This document shows positions 49,070 through 62,793 of a DNA stretch of 64,000 nucleotides, one piece after another. This DNA comes from Macrostomum hystrix (lineage: Eukaryota > Animalia > Platyhelminthes): assembly GCA_950097015.1 (NCBI GenBank), contig CATNEN010000039.1:15996001-16060000 (forward strand). The letters are read 5' to 3'. How positions within the stretch are numbered: position 1 is the stretch's first letter; each line of letters starts with the position of its first letter. The notes under the pieces are model-generated. The model did not search any database. It worked only from the letters and a program-made list of their open reading frames with translations, and was not told the DNA's origin. The translations under genes were made by a program, and so were the position numbers.

Positions 49070-49663
49070 TCTATCTCTCTATCTATCTGCAGGGGGCCCG
49101 GGGCACTTGTCGCACAAGCGACGGAGCGGCACGCCCCTAGACCGGCGAACTAGGCGCTTTTGCGCCCATCGCGCCGCCTCCCCTGAGCAGGCACCACACA
49201 CAGCAGCACAGACCAGCCGGGGAGGGCAGGAGGCACCCAGAATATGCAGCAGTGCCCCCCACCCCCGCCCCACACGCACATTAGCAGACCAAGCCGGGGC
49301 GGAAGGCTGATAAGAAATCAGTCCTCAGGGGGGGCGGGTGATGAGTGTACACTTATCCAATCGCGCTGACGGAAGTCCAGAAAGCGCGCGGCGGTGTACA
49401 CCCGCCCTCCAGCCACCCCCCGCAAGGTCTCACGCCCCAGCGCCAACGCACACAACTCACACAACGCAGAACAGGCACACAGAAGGTAGGAGCGAAGCTA
49501 TTATTTCAAGCTTTGATTTCACGAAATATGGTGCACCTCCGCCGGTCGCTACTGTCCAAACCCCCCAACAAGTCCCGAAATTAATCGTGACTTGAAGGGT
49601 GAATCGAACTAGCGTCCTTTGGAGTGCGAGGCAGCGACGTTAGCCGCTGACCCACACGCCCCC
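49070..49663 (-). mobile_element. Full-length ~594-bp tRNA-derived SINE with 13-bp target-site duplication
   Basis: Minus strand begins gggggcgtgtgggtcagcggctaacgtcgctgcctcgcactccaaaggacgctagttcgattc (A/B boxes) and ends in an agat/ag-rich tail. Flanked by cctgtttgaagtc at 49057-49069 and 49664-49676. Confidence 0.9.
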
Positions 49664-50189
49664 CCTGTTTGAAGTCAGTAGATGTCATCAGTAAAAAACT
49701 ATAGGTAGATAGGTTTATTCTCTATCTATAGATAAGATTTGATCAGAACAGCTATTGTCTGTTCGATGATTGCTTGAATTCAAAAGACATCGGTTTTCGC
49801 CACACAGAACCAGCAATTCTGTAAAGCGGGGATGTGTAAAAACTGCATGACTATTTGCACCACTGCACCACGGCTTTGGCATATCTGACGTTAAATAATT
49901 TATTGAGCTCCCATGCCAGTAGTACGGGATAAGAGCTTGTGGGGAATTAAGGACGGGCTAAAAAACACGCAACTTATTTGGACAGTCACTCCTCTGCTAT
50001 CATACTATATTGGCGCATAAAGGCTTAATTAAGCAGCTTTGCACATTCATTCTATGCTGTACGTTTCTGGGATAAACTAGAGATTTATATGGAAATCATG
50101 CTGATGATACATATTGAGCCATGTATTTTAGTCTAGATGCAAAAATAACATCTTTCATATTTCAGTTCTTATTTTCTCATTTGGATTAC

Positions 50190-50642
50190 AGGTCCACTTT
50201 GGGATTTCATGTCCACTTTGGGATTTCATGTCCACTTTGGGATTTCATGTCCACTTTGGGATTTCATGTCCACTTTGGGATTTCATGTCCATTTAGGGAT
50301 TTCATGTCCGTTTTGGGATTTCATGTCCATTTTGGGATTTCATGTACATTTGGGATTTCATGTCCATTTTGGGATTTCATGTCCATTTTGGGATTTCAGG
50401 TCCATTTTAGGATTTCATGTACATTTGGGATTTCATGTCCATTTTGGGATTTCAGGTCCATTTTGGGATTTCAGGTCCATTTTGGGATTTCAGATCCATT
50501 TTGGGATGTCATGTACATTTGGGATTTCATGTCCATTTTGGGATTTCATGTACATTTTTGGATTTCAGGTTAATTTTGGGATTTCATGATTATTTTGGGA
50601 TTTCATGATTATTTTGGGATTTCAGGTCTATTTTGGGATTTC
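50190..50642. repeat. 19-bp minisatellite (gtccactttgggatttcat)
   Basis: Tandem units visible. Confidence 0.93.
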
Positions 50643-50742
50643 CAATAGATTTTAAGAATTTCGATAGCAAAAGAAATGGGAAAAAATGAACAAGTTTGGG
50701 ATTTCTATTTGGGATAGATTAACAAATCTATTTGCATTTACA

Positions 50743-50905
50743 GTGGGGGTTGTAGCCTAGTCCTTTAAGCAGACTCATGACTAATAGGTCGGGGGTTCGA
50801 TTCTTGACTCCGCTGGTACAAGTTGAGGGCAATTGAGGGTGGGTGTGGCGTCCCCCCAGTCCATGGACTGAACAGCCGTACGCAGCCTTCAGATGCAGGT
50901 GTAAT
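50743..50905 (+). mobile_element. Group A SINE, degenerate or internally deleted
   Basis: gtgggggttgtagcctagt...ggtcgggggttcgattc...gggtgtggcgtccc. Confidence 0.65.
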
Positions 50906-51309
50906 CAATTATTTGTTTTCTTCCGTGGATTTGAACTTAGGACGGAATTTCGGAACGACAGGAAGCTTCAGAGAAAAATGATTACATTTCCCGTCGTGAC
51001 ACGAATTGAATTGCAAATTTTTGTTTCTAGGAAAACTCCTAGCTTTCATCCTATTGGTGTGGACAAGCCATTGAAACAAAGCCATAAAGCCCAAAGGTAA
51101 AAATAAGATTATACATAAAGGTATAAATTTGTTTGTTGATTCATTTAGATTTGTCAAACGGGAATTAAAACAGAAAAAGTTTAAGATTGCAAGCGATACT
51201 TTTCGGTTTGTAAAGATTCTATACCTGCAGGGGATTTTCTCTTGACTTTATGACGATTGACATTTTGTAATTAATTAGAGATAATATGATAAGTTTTTTG
51301 TTTTATCTG

Positions 51310-52650
51310 CGATTTGGGATTTCATAATCGATTTGGGATTTCATGATTTAATTGGGATTTCATGATTGATTTGGGATTTCATACTCGATTTGGGATTTAA
51401 TGATTGATTTGGGATTTCATGATTGAATTGGGATTTCATGATTGATTTGGGATTTCATACTCGATTTGGGATTTCATGATTGATTTGGGATTTCATACTC
51501 GATTTGGGATTTCATGATTGATTTGGGATTTCATAATCGATTTGGGATTTAATGATTGATTTGGGATTTCAGAATTGATTTGGGATTTCATAATCGATTT
51601 GGGATTTCATGATTGATTTGGGATTTCATGATTGATTGGGATTTCATGATTGATTTGGGATTTCATAATCGATTTGGGATTTCATGATTGATTTGGGATT
51701 TCATGATTGATTGGGATTTCATGATTGATTTGGGATTTCATGATTGATTTGGGATTTCATAATCGATTTTGGAATTAATGATTGATTTGGGATTTCATAA
51801 TCGATTTGGGATTTCATGATTGATTTGGGATTTCATGATTGATTTGGGATTTCATGATTGATTTGGGATTTCATGATTGATTTGGGATTTCATGATTGAT
51901 TTGGGATTTCATGATTGATTGGGATTTCATGATTGATTTGGGATTTCATGATTGATTTGGGATTTCATAATCGATTTTGGAATTAATGATTGATTTGGGA
52001 TTTCATAATCGATTTGGGATTTCATGATTGATTTGGGATTTCATGATTGATTTGGGATTTCATGATTGATTTGGGATTTAATGATTGATTGGGATTTCAT
52101 AATCGATTTGGGATTTCATGATTGATTTGGGATTTCATGATTGATTTGGGATTTCATGATTGATTAGGGATTTAATGATTGATTGGGATTTAATGATTGA
52201 TTTGGGATTTCATAATCGATTTGGGGGATTTCATGATTGATTGGGATTTAATGATTGATTTGGGATTTCATGATTGATTTGGGATTTCATGATTGATTTG
52301 GGATTTCATACTCGATTTGGGATTTAATGATTGATTTGGGATTTCATGATTGAATTGGGATTTCATGATTGATTTGGGATTTCATACTCGATTTGGGATT
52401 TCATGATTGATTTGGGATTTCATGATTGATTAGGGATTTCATGATTGATTGGGATTTAATGATTGATTTGGGATTTCATGATTGATTTGGGATTTCATGA
52501 TTGATTTGGGATTTCATGATTGATTTGGGATTTCATGATTGATTTGGGATTTCATAATCGATTTGAGATTTCATGAATGATTTGGTATTTTGTGATCGAT
52601 TTGTGATTTCATGATCGATTTGGTATTTTGTGATCGATTTGAGATTCTAT
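51310..52650. repeat. 19-bp minisatellite (gatttgggatttcatgatt)
   Basis: About 70 units. Confidence 0.96.
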
Positions 52651-54587
52651 GATCGAGTTTGTGTTCCATTTAGGATTCAAAAAGTATTTTTTAGAATTTA
52701 CTAGTTAAATCTTCGATATCGATAGTAAACGATCGATATCGATATCGATATCGATGTCCATGATATTGCCAATTTCGTCTTAACCTTCAGTAATTCATAT
52801 GCAATCTAAATTTCATTGAGCAAATATATTAGAAATTCCTGATAGCAACGCTGGGATTTTATGACTGAAGAATCTGCGAAATCCCATCGGTCAAATCAAT
52901 GCCCTCCGCATTTATTTGATCAAACTATCGATGGTCTGTTGCATAGAATCTGCTGCTAAGTATGTGGTTTAACTAAGAATAACTTCGGATTAGATTTGAC
53001 CAAAGTCAAACTGATCGCGCAGCCAAGCAACAATCACTGGGCAGCAACTGGAGATGATCCGCTCTTTGCTCTTCATTGCACCCTTCTGCTTCTGCATAAC
53101 TAATATTGCACCCCCCTTTCCCCTCTCTCATCTCTACTCCCTCTCTCTCCACTCTCTACTCTCTCTCGTCTCACCCTCTCCCATTCTGTTTTTCAAAGCA
53201 GAACAGCACGAGACGAGGCCACAGCAGCCACCTAACGAAGTATACAAGGAGTTCCCACACACTGTATCAGCTAAGAAATTGTTCTCACTTTGCCACTTTA
53301 TCAATCTCTTTTCTCGTCTCTCCCGCCGTCTTCTTCTAACAGTCCAGTTGGTGAAGCTATTGATGAGGCCAAGCAGTCTCTACAAATTGGCGCTCGCAGA
53401 GAAGCAGCGAAACTGGTGCAGCAACCCCATCGCTGCCTGAATCTGATTGTATTGAGCACACCGGACCGTCAGATCAAACGATTTGCCGGCCGCATTGGCC
53501 AAACAAACCTCAATGCCTTCCCCGTTTCGCATCATCTTATCCTCTATAGCTTCTTCTAGATTCTTGGGCATTTAGGAGTCTGAGCAGTCAACGTTGTTGA
53601 GCCTGAAATCTCTAATCTCGCTGCACTTATACCCACAACCTCATCAGCCAATTCAAATGCCAGCTTACCCGTCAGCCGATTAGGGCCAAAGTCTTGTGAC
53701 CTACCGGCCTTAATAATACTGGTTAGGGATCAGGCAGAGCATTCTTATAATAATCCTAATTTCTAACCAACAAATCAAAATAGAAAAATACAGAATCTCA
53801 ATGCAGAATCTTTTTTGCTCTTTGCTTTGCTCCACATTTTTTCTCGAAAAGTTTAAATAACACGAAGAAGGGAATTTCGAAAAAAGAGAAAATGAACCAG
53901 AAAAAAGGCACAATAAGAATCTGCTAATGGCCAGTCGGATGTAGATGGGATCAGTTCCCAATTCATATATCAGACCTAGATAATGCTTCTTGTAGGGAAT
54001 AAGGATAAAACCCTTTCAGCAATTCATTCCATTATCGTCTACTGAGTGTGTGGGTGGAGTTGACGCTAGTTAAATTTAGAAAATGCGCATTTTTCTATTT
54101 AAAATTTTCTTTTTAATATGCGCGTGTAGAATACTACTGATAAAGCACATGTCAGTAGTAATATAGGGATGTGTGCTTTCTATCTTGAATGCTTGATAAA
54201 AGAAAGAAATCTGAATACAGTTACTGAAAAAACACGAATTAATATTTGAATGCATTTAAAATAGCCACAAGATATAATTTTCTATTTATTTCTAGTTTTC
54301 TATTATAAGATTCTTATATAAACCTTCTATGGCTTTAAATTTCTGTTTCTTAGAAACCGTTTTCAGTTTCTTCGGAGCCTTTTCGTTTTAAGTTTTAAGA
54401 AAGAAGAAAAGAAGAAACTTTGAAGTTTTTGTTTCTGGTTTCTCAAAAAATTCTTTTCAGAAAAAATTCTTTTTTATTTCTTTATAGAAATGTTTTTCAC
54501 AAACAGAAACAGATTTTCGATCCTCAGAAAAAAGTTTTCTTATTTTTTAAGTTTCTTAAAAAGATTTTCTGCTTCTTAGAAAAATAT

Positions 54588-54760
54588 CCAGTTTCTTAAA
54601 AAAATTTAATGTTTCTTAGAAAACTTTCCAGTTTCTTAGAAACATTTCCAGTTTCTTAGAAACATTTCCAGTTTCTTAGAAACATTTCCAGTTTCTTAGA
54701 AACATTTCCAGTTTCTTAGAAACATTTCTTGTTTCTTAGAAACATTTCCAGTTTATTAGA
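54588..54760. repeat. 20-bp minisatellite (gtttcttagaaacatttcca)
   Basis: Tandem units visible. Confidence 0.85.
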
Positions 54761-55729
54761 ATAGTTTTATTATCCTCAGAAACGTTTGTAGATCCCTAAA
54801 ATCTCAGGATCATCTATATCTGATTTGAAAAGTTAGCAATGATTGCATACGATTCATTTTCATCAAGACAGATCAGACAGACACACGTCAAACAAACTCC
54901 TTATTGCAATGATTTATTGTGGTAAGCACAGACAAAACTTTAAACAGAATGGAAGTCGCGTCTTCTTCATTGATTTGTTTAAATCAATCGATCTTTGATG
55001 GAACACGTATAATGAAATGGGATAAATATGGGATTTCGATGCTAACTGCCAGAGGATTTTATTTTCTGTGGAGTTTCGGATTGCCATGGAAACAGACAAC
55101 GCACTGGCTGCGGCTAACAAACCCTATGAATATTATTCCCCATTCAGACAATAATTCAGCCCAAATCCCTGTTCTGGGGGGATATTTTCATGCCTGATCC
55201 CGGTGCAGCTGTTCAATTTATATCTTTAATAATGCATATTAATTGCTGCACGAGGGGAAGTAAGCGGTGATGAAACTGGGTGGTGAACATCATCTTCTAT
55301 TGCACCTTTCGGTAAAAATGGGAGAAATTATACGCACCTATATATGTGGGCGTGAATAAATGGGGAACAGAAATTCGGCTGAAAGCCAAGAAGAAGAAAA
55401 AAACAAAAACTCGAACTTTGGCTATCTATGCAGTTCCTTCGCAGTTATTTTCTGTTAGTAATTCATGAATAAATTAATTGCACAGTGCATTATTGCAGCT
55501 GATTAGCACACTTTGCTGTATAAATGGATAGATTGAGTTTAAGTGGTTTCCAGATTTGGACGAAACCCAGCAATTGATGAGCGGCTGAATCGGTAGCTTC
55601 TACTAGATTATTGCAGGAAATGGTTTTTGTGGGGAAAAGAAAGTTGTCATGGGAGTTGTAAGATAGTTGAGTGAATGGGAGGGAATTAGAGTGAAATTAG
55701 ATAAGGAGAAGTGGAGGAGAGTGGACCGT

Positions 55730-56120
55730 TTTAGTTTTAGTTTCTTAGAATCATTTAGAGTTTCTTAGTCTTTTAGAATAGTTTCAGTTTGATAGAAACC
55801 GTTTTTTGCTTCTGTTTCTTAGACAAACAGGTTTAGTTTCAGTTTCTTAGAAGTAGTTTTAGTTTCTGTTTCTTAGAAACAGCTTTTGTTTCAGATTCTT
55901 AGAATCAGCTTTAGTTACAGTTTCTTAGAAACAGCTTTAGTTTCAGTTTCTTAGAAGTAGTTTTAGTTTCTGTTTCTTAGAAGTAGTTTTAGTTTCAGTT
56001 TCTTAGAAACAGCTTTAGTTTCAGATTCTTAGAATCAGCTTTAGTTACAGTTTCTTAGAAACAGCTTTAGTTTCAGTTTCTCAGAAACAGCTTTAGTTAC
56101 AGTTTCTTAGAATCAGTTTC
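55730..56120. repeat. 26-bp minisatellite (tttcttagaaacagctttagtttcag)
   Basis: Tandem units; shares the tttcttagaa core with the 54588 array. Confidence 0.85.
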
Positions 56121-57064
56121 GGCTTTAGCTCTTTTAAATAGTTTCAGATTCTGTTTAGTATTCTGAAGAAACGCGTGCATATGCTCAGAATTTTGGAACT
56201 ATTCAGTGAGTTTCTAAATGGGATAATTTTAAACATTTGTTATTATTCACCCACTCTAAAAATATACTATTTTAGCTTTACAACTAGCCTTTTTCCAAAA
56301 AATTATTTAAATTAAAGAGTTGGCAGCTGAACTTGTCAATTTATAAACGAAAGAGTCTAAATCAGTCTAAAAATATAATTGAAACTTTAATTCAAGATCC
56401 CATCCAGCCAACTGTCACAGAAACAGTTGGGGATCCACACTCCGACTTTGTCTTTGTTCTCATTGGCTGGGCGATAATTCAGCCAATCAGATTTGGTTTA
56501 GCACTCAAAGCTGGCGCATTTGGTGTATACATATACATAGAGTATACATAGAGTTTTTGTCTGCAGTCAAGTTCAAACAATAGGAAGGCTTTACAAAAAA
56601 TAACTACAACCCTCTGCCTAATGATTCCGCTTAGAAACCCGCGGACACCATAACTGTACAAAAAACAATAAGCTGTGCAGAGAACACACACACACCAGAG
56701 GAGAAGTATTATCGTCTGAATGAGTTAGTGCAAACAAAAGGACTGTCCAACAGTTTATTTGACTTGACTCTTTCATATATGCCCCGTATATGTGCTGCAA
56801 CTTGTTTATCTTCTAATCGCATTGTCGCACTGTATTAAGGGCCAAAGGAAAACTTATAATTGAGTTTCTTTGAATAAGGAGAAATTAGTTTTTTTAAGTT
56901 GAGTGCCGGTATGTCTGGACTACTCAACGGAGAGTATAGTGCTCAGATTCTATTCAATAATAACGATTGAGAAGTCGGCATTCTAAAACGTTTCGGGATG
57001 AAAGTGAAAAAATCACCGCGACGCCAAATATCCTCTAAGCTGAGATGGGATTTGATAATCACAG

Positions 57065-57121
57065 CAACCACTGTTGCCATGGTAACAGCCCTGACTGATG
57101 CAGTCTACGGATTGAGATTCG
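57065..57121 (+). CDS. Candidate 57-nt phase-1/phase-1 exon (ATTVAMVTALTDAVYGLRF), possibly the next neurexin exon
   Basis: cacag acceptor, strong G|GTGAGT donor, open frame compatible with the phase-1 end of the EGF exon. The polypyrimidine tract is weak and no domain is recognisable. Confidence 0.25.
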
Positions 57122-57146
57122 GTGAGTTTCATTTCGCGAATGCTTT

Positions 57147-57626
<480 letters not shown>

Positions 57627-58042
57627 GAGACGTGGAGAACAACAGAAAAGGCTGTGATCTATATTGATTTCACTGTAGAAGGTACACAGCTACGGTTTCG
57701 ACAAACAAAAAGAACAGCTAACGAAAATTTTATTTAATGTAGTCGGCATTATTAAGCAGTAATGTTCGTAAAGTTATATAGAGCTATATAGGAGCTATAA
57801 AGCTGTACATGTATATTTGCAAGGCTGAGTCACACCTGTGTGTGTGTTGGGTCGCTCCTGTTTGCAAGGTGTGACATTTGTCCCGTTTTAGGCACTGGAA
57901 TTTGCGGACTGTTTTTTGAAAACGAAATGAGGCATTTTCGGAAGATTACGAGTATAATAAAATTTAAACTGCTAACAAGCATAAGGAGCGCAGATGAGAT
58001 TAGATAAGAAGATAAAAGAATCTAATTGAAGACGACATGAAA

Positions 58043-58900
58043 GGACAGGAGAGGAGAAGACAGGACAGGAGAGCACAGGACAGGAGAGGAGAGGAGAGGA
58101 CAGGTGAGGAGAGGAGAGGAGAGGAGTGGAGAGGAGAAGAGAGGACAGGAGAGGACAGGAGAGGACAGGAGAGGACAGGAGAGGACAGGAGAGGACAGGA
58201 GAGGAGAAGAGAGGACAGGAGAGGACAGGTGAGGAGAGGAGTGCTTTCAAAGACAGGAGGGTGAGATTAGATGAAATTACTGGGTTAAGAGTAGATGAAA
58301 TCACTGAGGTGAGAGTAGATGAAATCACTGAGGAAAGTAGTGAGGACAGGAGAGGAGAGGACAGGAGAGGAGAAGAGAGGACAGGAAAGGACAGGTGAGG
58401 AGAAGAGAGGAGATGAGAGGACAGGTGAGGAGAGGAGAGGACAGGAGAGGAGAAGAGAGGACAGGAGAGGACAGGTGAGGAGAGGAGAGGACAGGAGAGG
58501 ACAGGAGAGGACAGGAGAGGAGAAGAGAGGACAGGAGAGGACAGGTGAGGAAAGGAGAGGAGAGGACAGGAGAGGAGAGGAGAGGACAGGTGAGGAGTGG
58601 AGAGGACAGGAGAGGAGAGGAGAGGAGAGGAGAGGAGAGGACAGGACAGGAGAGGACAGGAGAGGAGAGGACAGGTGAGGAGAGGACAGGAGAGGAGAGG
58701 AGAGGACAGGTGAGGAGAGGAGAGGACAGGTGAGGAGAGGAGAGGAGAGGAGAGGAGAGGAGAGGAGAGGAGAGGACAGAAGAGGAGAGGACAGGTGAGG
58801 AGAGGAGAGGAGAGGAGAGGAGAGGACAGAAGAGGAGAGAACAGGTGAGGAGAGGAGAGGAGAGGAGAGGAGAGAAGAGGACAGGAGAGGAGTGAGGACA
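58043..58900. repeat. GA-rich low-complexity repeat (aggag/aggac)
   Basis: Directly visible. Confidence 0.95.
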
Positions 58901-59450
58901 AATGACAGAAGAATAAGAAAGCGATTGATAATGAGTAGGTTAATTAAGAAACGATCAGGTAAAATGGAATCGATTTTACTCTCAGTCAGTCAGTCAGTCC
59001 GTCAGTAAAGCAGGCATGCACTCGAAAACTCGTGTTTGTTCATCTGCACCTGAAGTGGCAGAGGCAGAACACTATGTGGCAGTAATGCTTATAGCTTTGC
59101 GTAAGCCTTGCCCTATTGGGATTACTTAGACGAAGTAGCACATCTAAGCAGATCCCACAAAACATGGTTACGCCAGACAGCACTAGTAAGCTTTGGCACA
59201 GATCAATCAATCAACGCTGACACTTCAATTTGGCCAAGGAAGCGATGTCGCTTATCTCTCCAAGTTCGACCCAAAACCCTGTATCTCTGGCCCAAGGCTT
59301 GGACTTCTCCTAATAGGATAACTAGGATAACTGGGATGTGTTTCCGCTTTTCAAAGACGAAAGCTTACCTAGCCTAGATCAGAAATTACCGCAAGAGAGT
59401 GAGATTAGAATGGGAAAGATTTGTGAGCTTTGATTGGGAACAGTTATTAC

Positions 59451-61123
59451 GTGAGTGGACGAAATCACTGGTGTGAGAGTAGATGAAATCACTGGGGTGA
59501 GAGTAGATGAAATCACTCGGGTGAGAGTAGATGAAATCACTCGGGTGAGAGTAGATGAAATCACTGGGGTGAGAGTAGATGAAATCACTGGTGTGAGAGT
59601 AGATGAAATCACTGGGGTGAGAGTAGATGAAATCACTCGGGTGAGAGTAGATGAAATCACTCGGGTGAGAGTAGATGAAATCACTGGGGTGAGAGTAGAT
59701 GAAATCACTCGGGTGAGAGTAGATGAAATCACTCGGGTGAGAGTAGATGAAATCACTGGGGTGAGAGTAGATGAAATTACTGGGGTGAGAGTAGATGAAA
59801 TCACTGGGGTGAGAGTAGATGAAATTACTGGGGTGAGAGTAGATGAAATCACTCGGGTGAGAGTAGATGAAATCACTGGGGTGAGAGTAGATGAAATCAC
59901 TCGGGTGAGAGTAGATGAAATCACTGGGGTGAGAGTAGATGAAATCACTGGGGTGAGAGTAGATGAAATCACTCTGGTGAGAGTAGATGAAATCACTCGG
60001 GTGAGAGTAGATGAAATCACTGGGGTGAGAGTAGATGAAATCACTGGGGTGAGAGTAGATGAAATCACTGGGGTGAGAGTAGATGAAATTACTGGGGTGA
60101 GAGTAGATGAAATCACTCGGGTGAGAGTAGATGAAATCACTCGGATGAGAGTAGATGAAATCACTGGGGTGAGAGTAGATGAAATCACTCGGGTGAGAGT
60201 AGATGAAATCACTCGGGTGAGAGTAGATGAAATCACTGGGGTGAGAGTAGATGAAATTACTGGGGTGAGAGTAGATGAAATCACTGGGGTGAGAGTAGAT
60301 GAAATTACTGGGGTGAGAGTAGATGAAATCACTCGGGTGAGAGTAGTTGAAATCCCTGGGGTGAGAGTAGATGAAATCACTCGGGTGAGAGTAGATGAAA
60401 TCACTGGGGTGAGAGTAGATAAAATCACTCGGGTGAGAGTAGATGAAATCACTGGGGTGAGAGTAGATGAAAGCACTGGGGTGAGAGTAGATGAAATCAC
60501 TCGGGTGAGAGTAGATGAAATCACTGGGGTGAGAGTAGATGAAATCACTGGGGTGAGAGTAGATGAAATCACTGGGGTGAGAGTAGATGAAATCACTGGG
60601 GTGAGAGTAGATGAAATCACTCGGGTGAGAGTAGATGAAATCACTCGGGTGAGAGTAGATGAAATCCCTGGGGTGAGAGTAGATGAAATCACTCGGGTGA
60701 GAGTAGATGAAATCACTCGGGTGAGAGTAGATGAAATCACTGGGGTGAGAGTAGATGAAATCACCGAGGTGAGAGTAGAGGAAATCACTGGGGTGAGAGT
60801 AGATGAAATCACTCTGGTGAGAGTAGATGAAATCACTGGGGTGAGAGTAGATGAAATCACTGGGTTGAGAGTAGATGAAATCACTGGGGTGAGAGTAGAT
60901 GAAATCACTGGGGTGAGAGTAGATGAAATCACTCGGGTGAGAGTAGATGAAATCACTCGGGTGAGAGTAGATGAAATCACTCGGGTGAGAGTAGATGAAA
61001 TCACTGGGGTGAGAGTAGATGAAATCACCGAGGTGAGAGTAGATGAAATCACTGGGGTGAGAGTAGATGAAATCACTCGGGTGAGAGTAGATGAAATCAC
61101 CGAGGTGAGAGTAGATGAAATCA
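59451..61123. repeat. 24-bp minisatellite (gtgagagtagatgaaatcactggg), ~70 copies
   Basis: Directly visible; source of stop-free ORFs on both strands. Confidence 0.98.
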
Positions 61124-61549
61124 ACAGACTTCCCAAAACAGTATCCTCTGAATTATTAAAAGATGGCAATTTTTCGTCAAATAAATATATCTAGTATACA
61201 CAAAATCATAGATTTTTCTTTGACAGCAATGCTTAAGTTATGTATTTTATTTTGAGAATAAAACCTATGCACTATCTCCTAATCCAATCTCTACCCCTTA
61301 TCTTTCTGTCGGTGGTGTGTGAGCTGGGTATCCTATATACCATTTCCTACGTTTGTATCCATGCGGAAAATGATTGGGTTGCAGTTTGTGGTTAAGGAGG
61401 TTATCCCGGAATGTGCCATCCATCACGCCCTGTCTGTTGATATAAATTAATACCCAAACTACCATACATAATAAAAAATACGGCCTTTGAAGTAAGTCAT
61501 ATAATTAGTGTCCAAGACTTTTTAATCTATTTTCCGATTCAACCCCATC

Positions 61550-61980
61550 TTTCTACCCCATTTTTACCCCCACCTCTCTTTCTTCCCCTGACTCTCTTTC
61601 TACCCCGCCTCTCTTTCTACCCCGTCTCTGTTTCTACCCCGTCTCTCTTTCTACCCCGTCTCTCTTTCTACCCCGTCTCTCTTTCTACCCCGTCTCTCCT
61701 TCTACCCCGTATCTCTTTCTACCCCTGTCTTTCTTTCTACCCCTGTCTTACTTTCTACCCTATCTCTCTTTCTACCCCTGTCTCTCTTTCTACCCCTGAC
61801 TCTCTCTCTACCCCTGACTCTCTTTCTACCCCTGACTCTCTTTCTACCCCGTCTCTGTTTCTACCCCGTCTCTCTTTCTATCCCGTCTGTCTTTCTACCC
61901 CTATCTCTCTTTCTACCCCTGTTTCTCTTTCTACCCCCGCTTCTCTTTCTACTCCGTCTCTCCTTCTACCCCTGTCTCTC
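61550..61980. repeat. ~18-19-bp CT-rich minisatellite (tctctttctaccccgtc-type units)
   Basis: Tandem units visible. Confidence 0.9.
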
Positions 61981-62302
61981 TTTTTGCAGTTTTTTATCCG
62001 ATTGATGATGAAATTCATTAAGAAGTTCATTATATTACAATAAATGTAAAATGTATAAATTCTTTTTTTTGGGTCGTAAAATAATCAACAAACGCATGAT
62101 CAGCCTTCCTAAAATGCAGCGTATTATTCCCACACAAGGTTGAATCATAAATTATCTTTGTTTAAAAAAATTATCAACTAAAAGCAAATACAATCTGTAA
62201 AGGCACGCCATCCCAGTTTTGTTGTGCAATGGATCATCAAAAACAATTCCATTTTTTTCTTGGTTTAGAAGACGGATGCAGCTGACTCAATCTCAGCGAG
62301 GA

Positions 62303-62793
62303 ATGAGTGAGTTCTAGAGTGAGTTCATGAGTGAGTTCATGAGTGACTTAATGAGTGAGTTCATGAGTGAGTTTATGAGTGAGTTTATGAGTGAGTTTAT
62401 GAGTGAGTTCATGAGTGAGTTCATGAGTGAGTTCATGAGTGAGTTCATGAGTGAGTTCATGAGTGAGTTCATGAGTGAGTTTATGAGTGAGTTTATGAGT
62501 GAGTTCATGAGTGAGTTCATGAGTGAGTTCAAGAGTGAGTTCAAGAGTGAGTTCATGAGTGAGTTCATGAGTGAGTTCATGAGTGAGTTCTAGAGTGAGT
62601 TCATGAGTGAGTTCATGAGTGAGTTCATGAGTGAGTTCATGAGTGAGTTCATGAGTGAGTTCAAGAGTGAGTTCATGAGTGAGTTCATGAGTGAGTTCAT
62701 GAGTGAGTTCATGAGTGAGTTCATGAGTGAGTTCATGAGTGAGTTCATGAGTGAGTTCATGAGTGAGTTCATGAGTGAGTTCATGAGTGAGTT
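62303..62793. repeat. 12-bp minisatellite (atgagtgagttc), ~40 copies
   Basis: Directly visible. Confidence 0.97.

Noticed and set aside
53290-53700. Coding-looking stretch with short ORFs on both strands
   Set aside because: No recognisable domain, no matching donor, and stops in continuing frames. It may be decayed TE sequence.
59379-61194. ~580-600 aa ORFs on both strands (VRVDEITG / VISSTLTP repeats)
   Set aside because: These are translations of a 24-bp satellite whose unit lacks stops in those frames. There is no unique domain or splice context.
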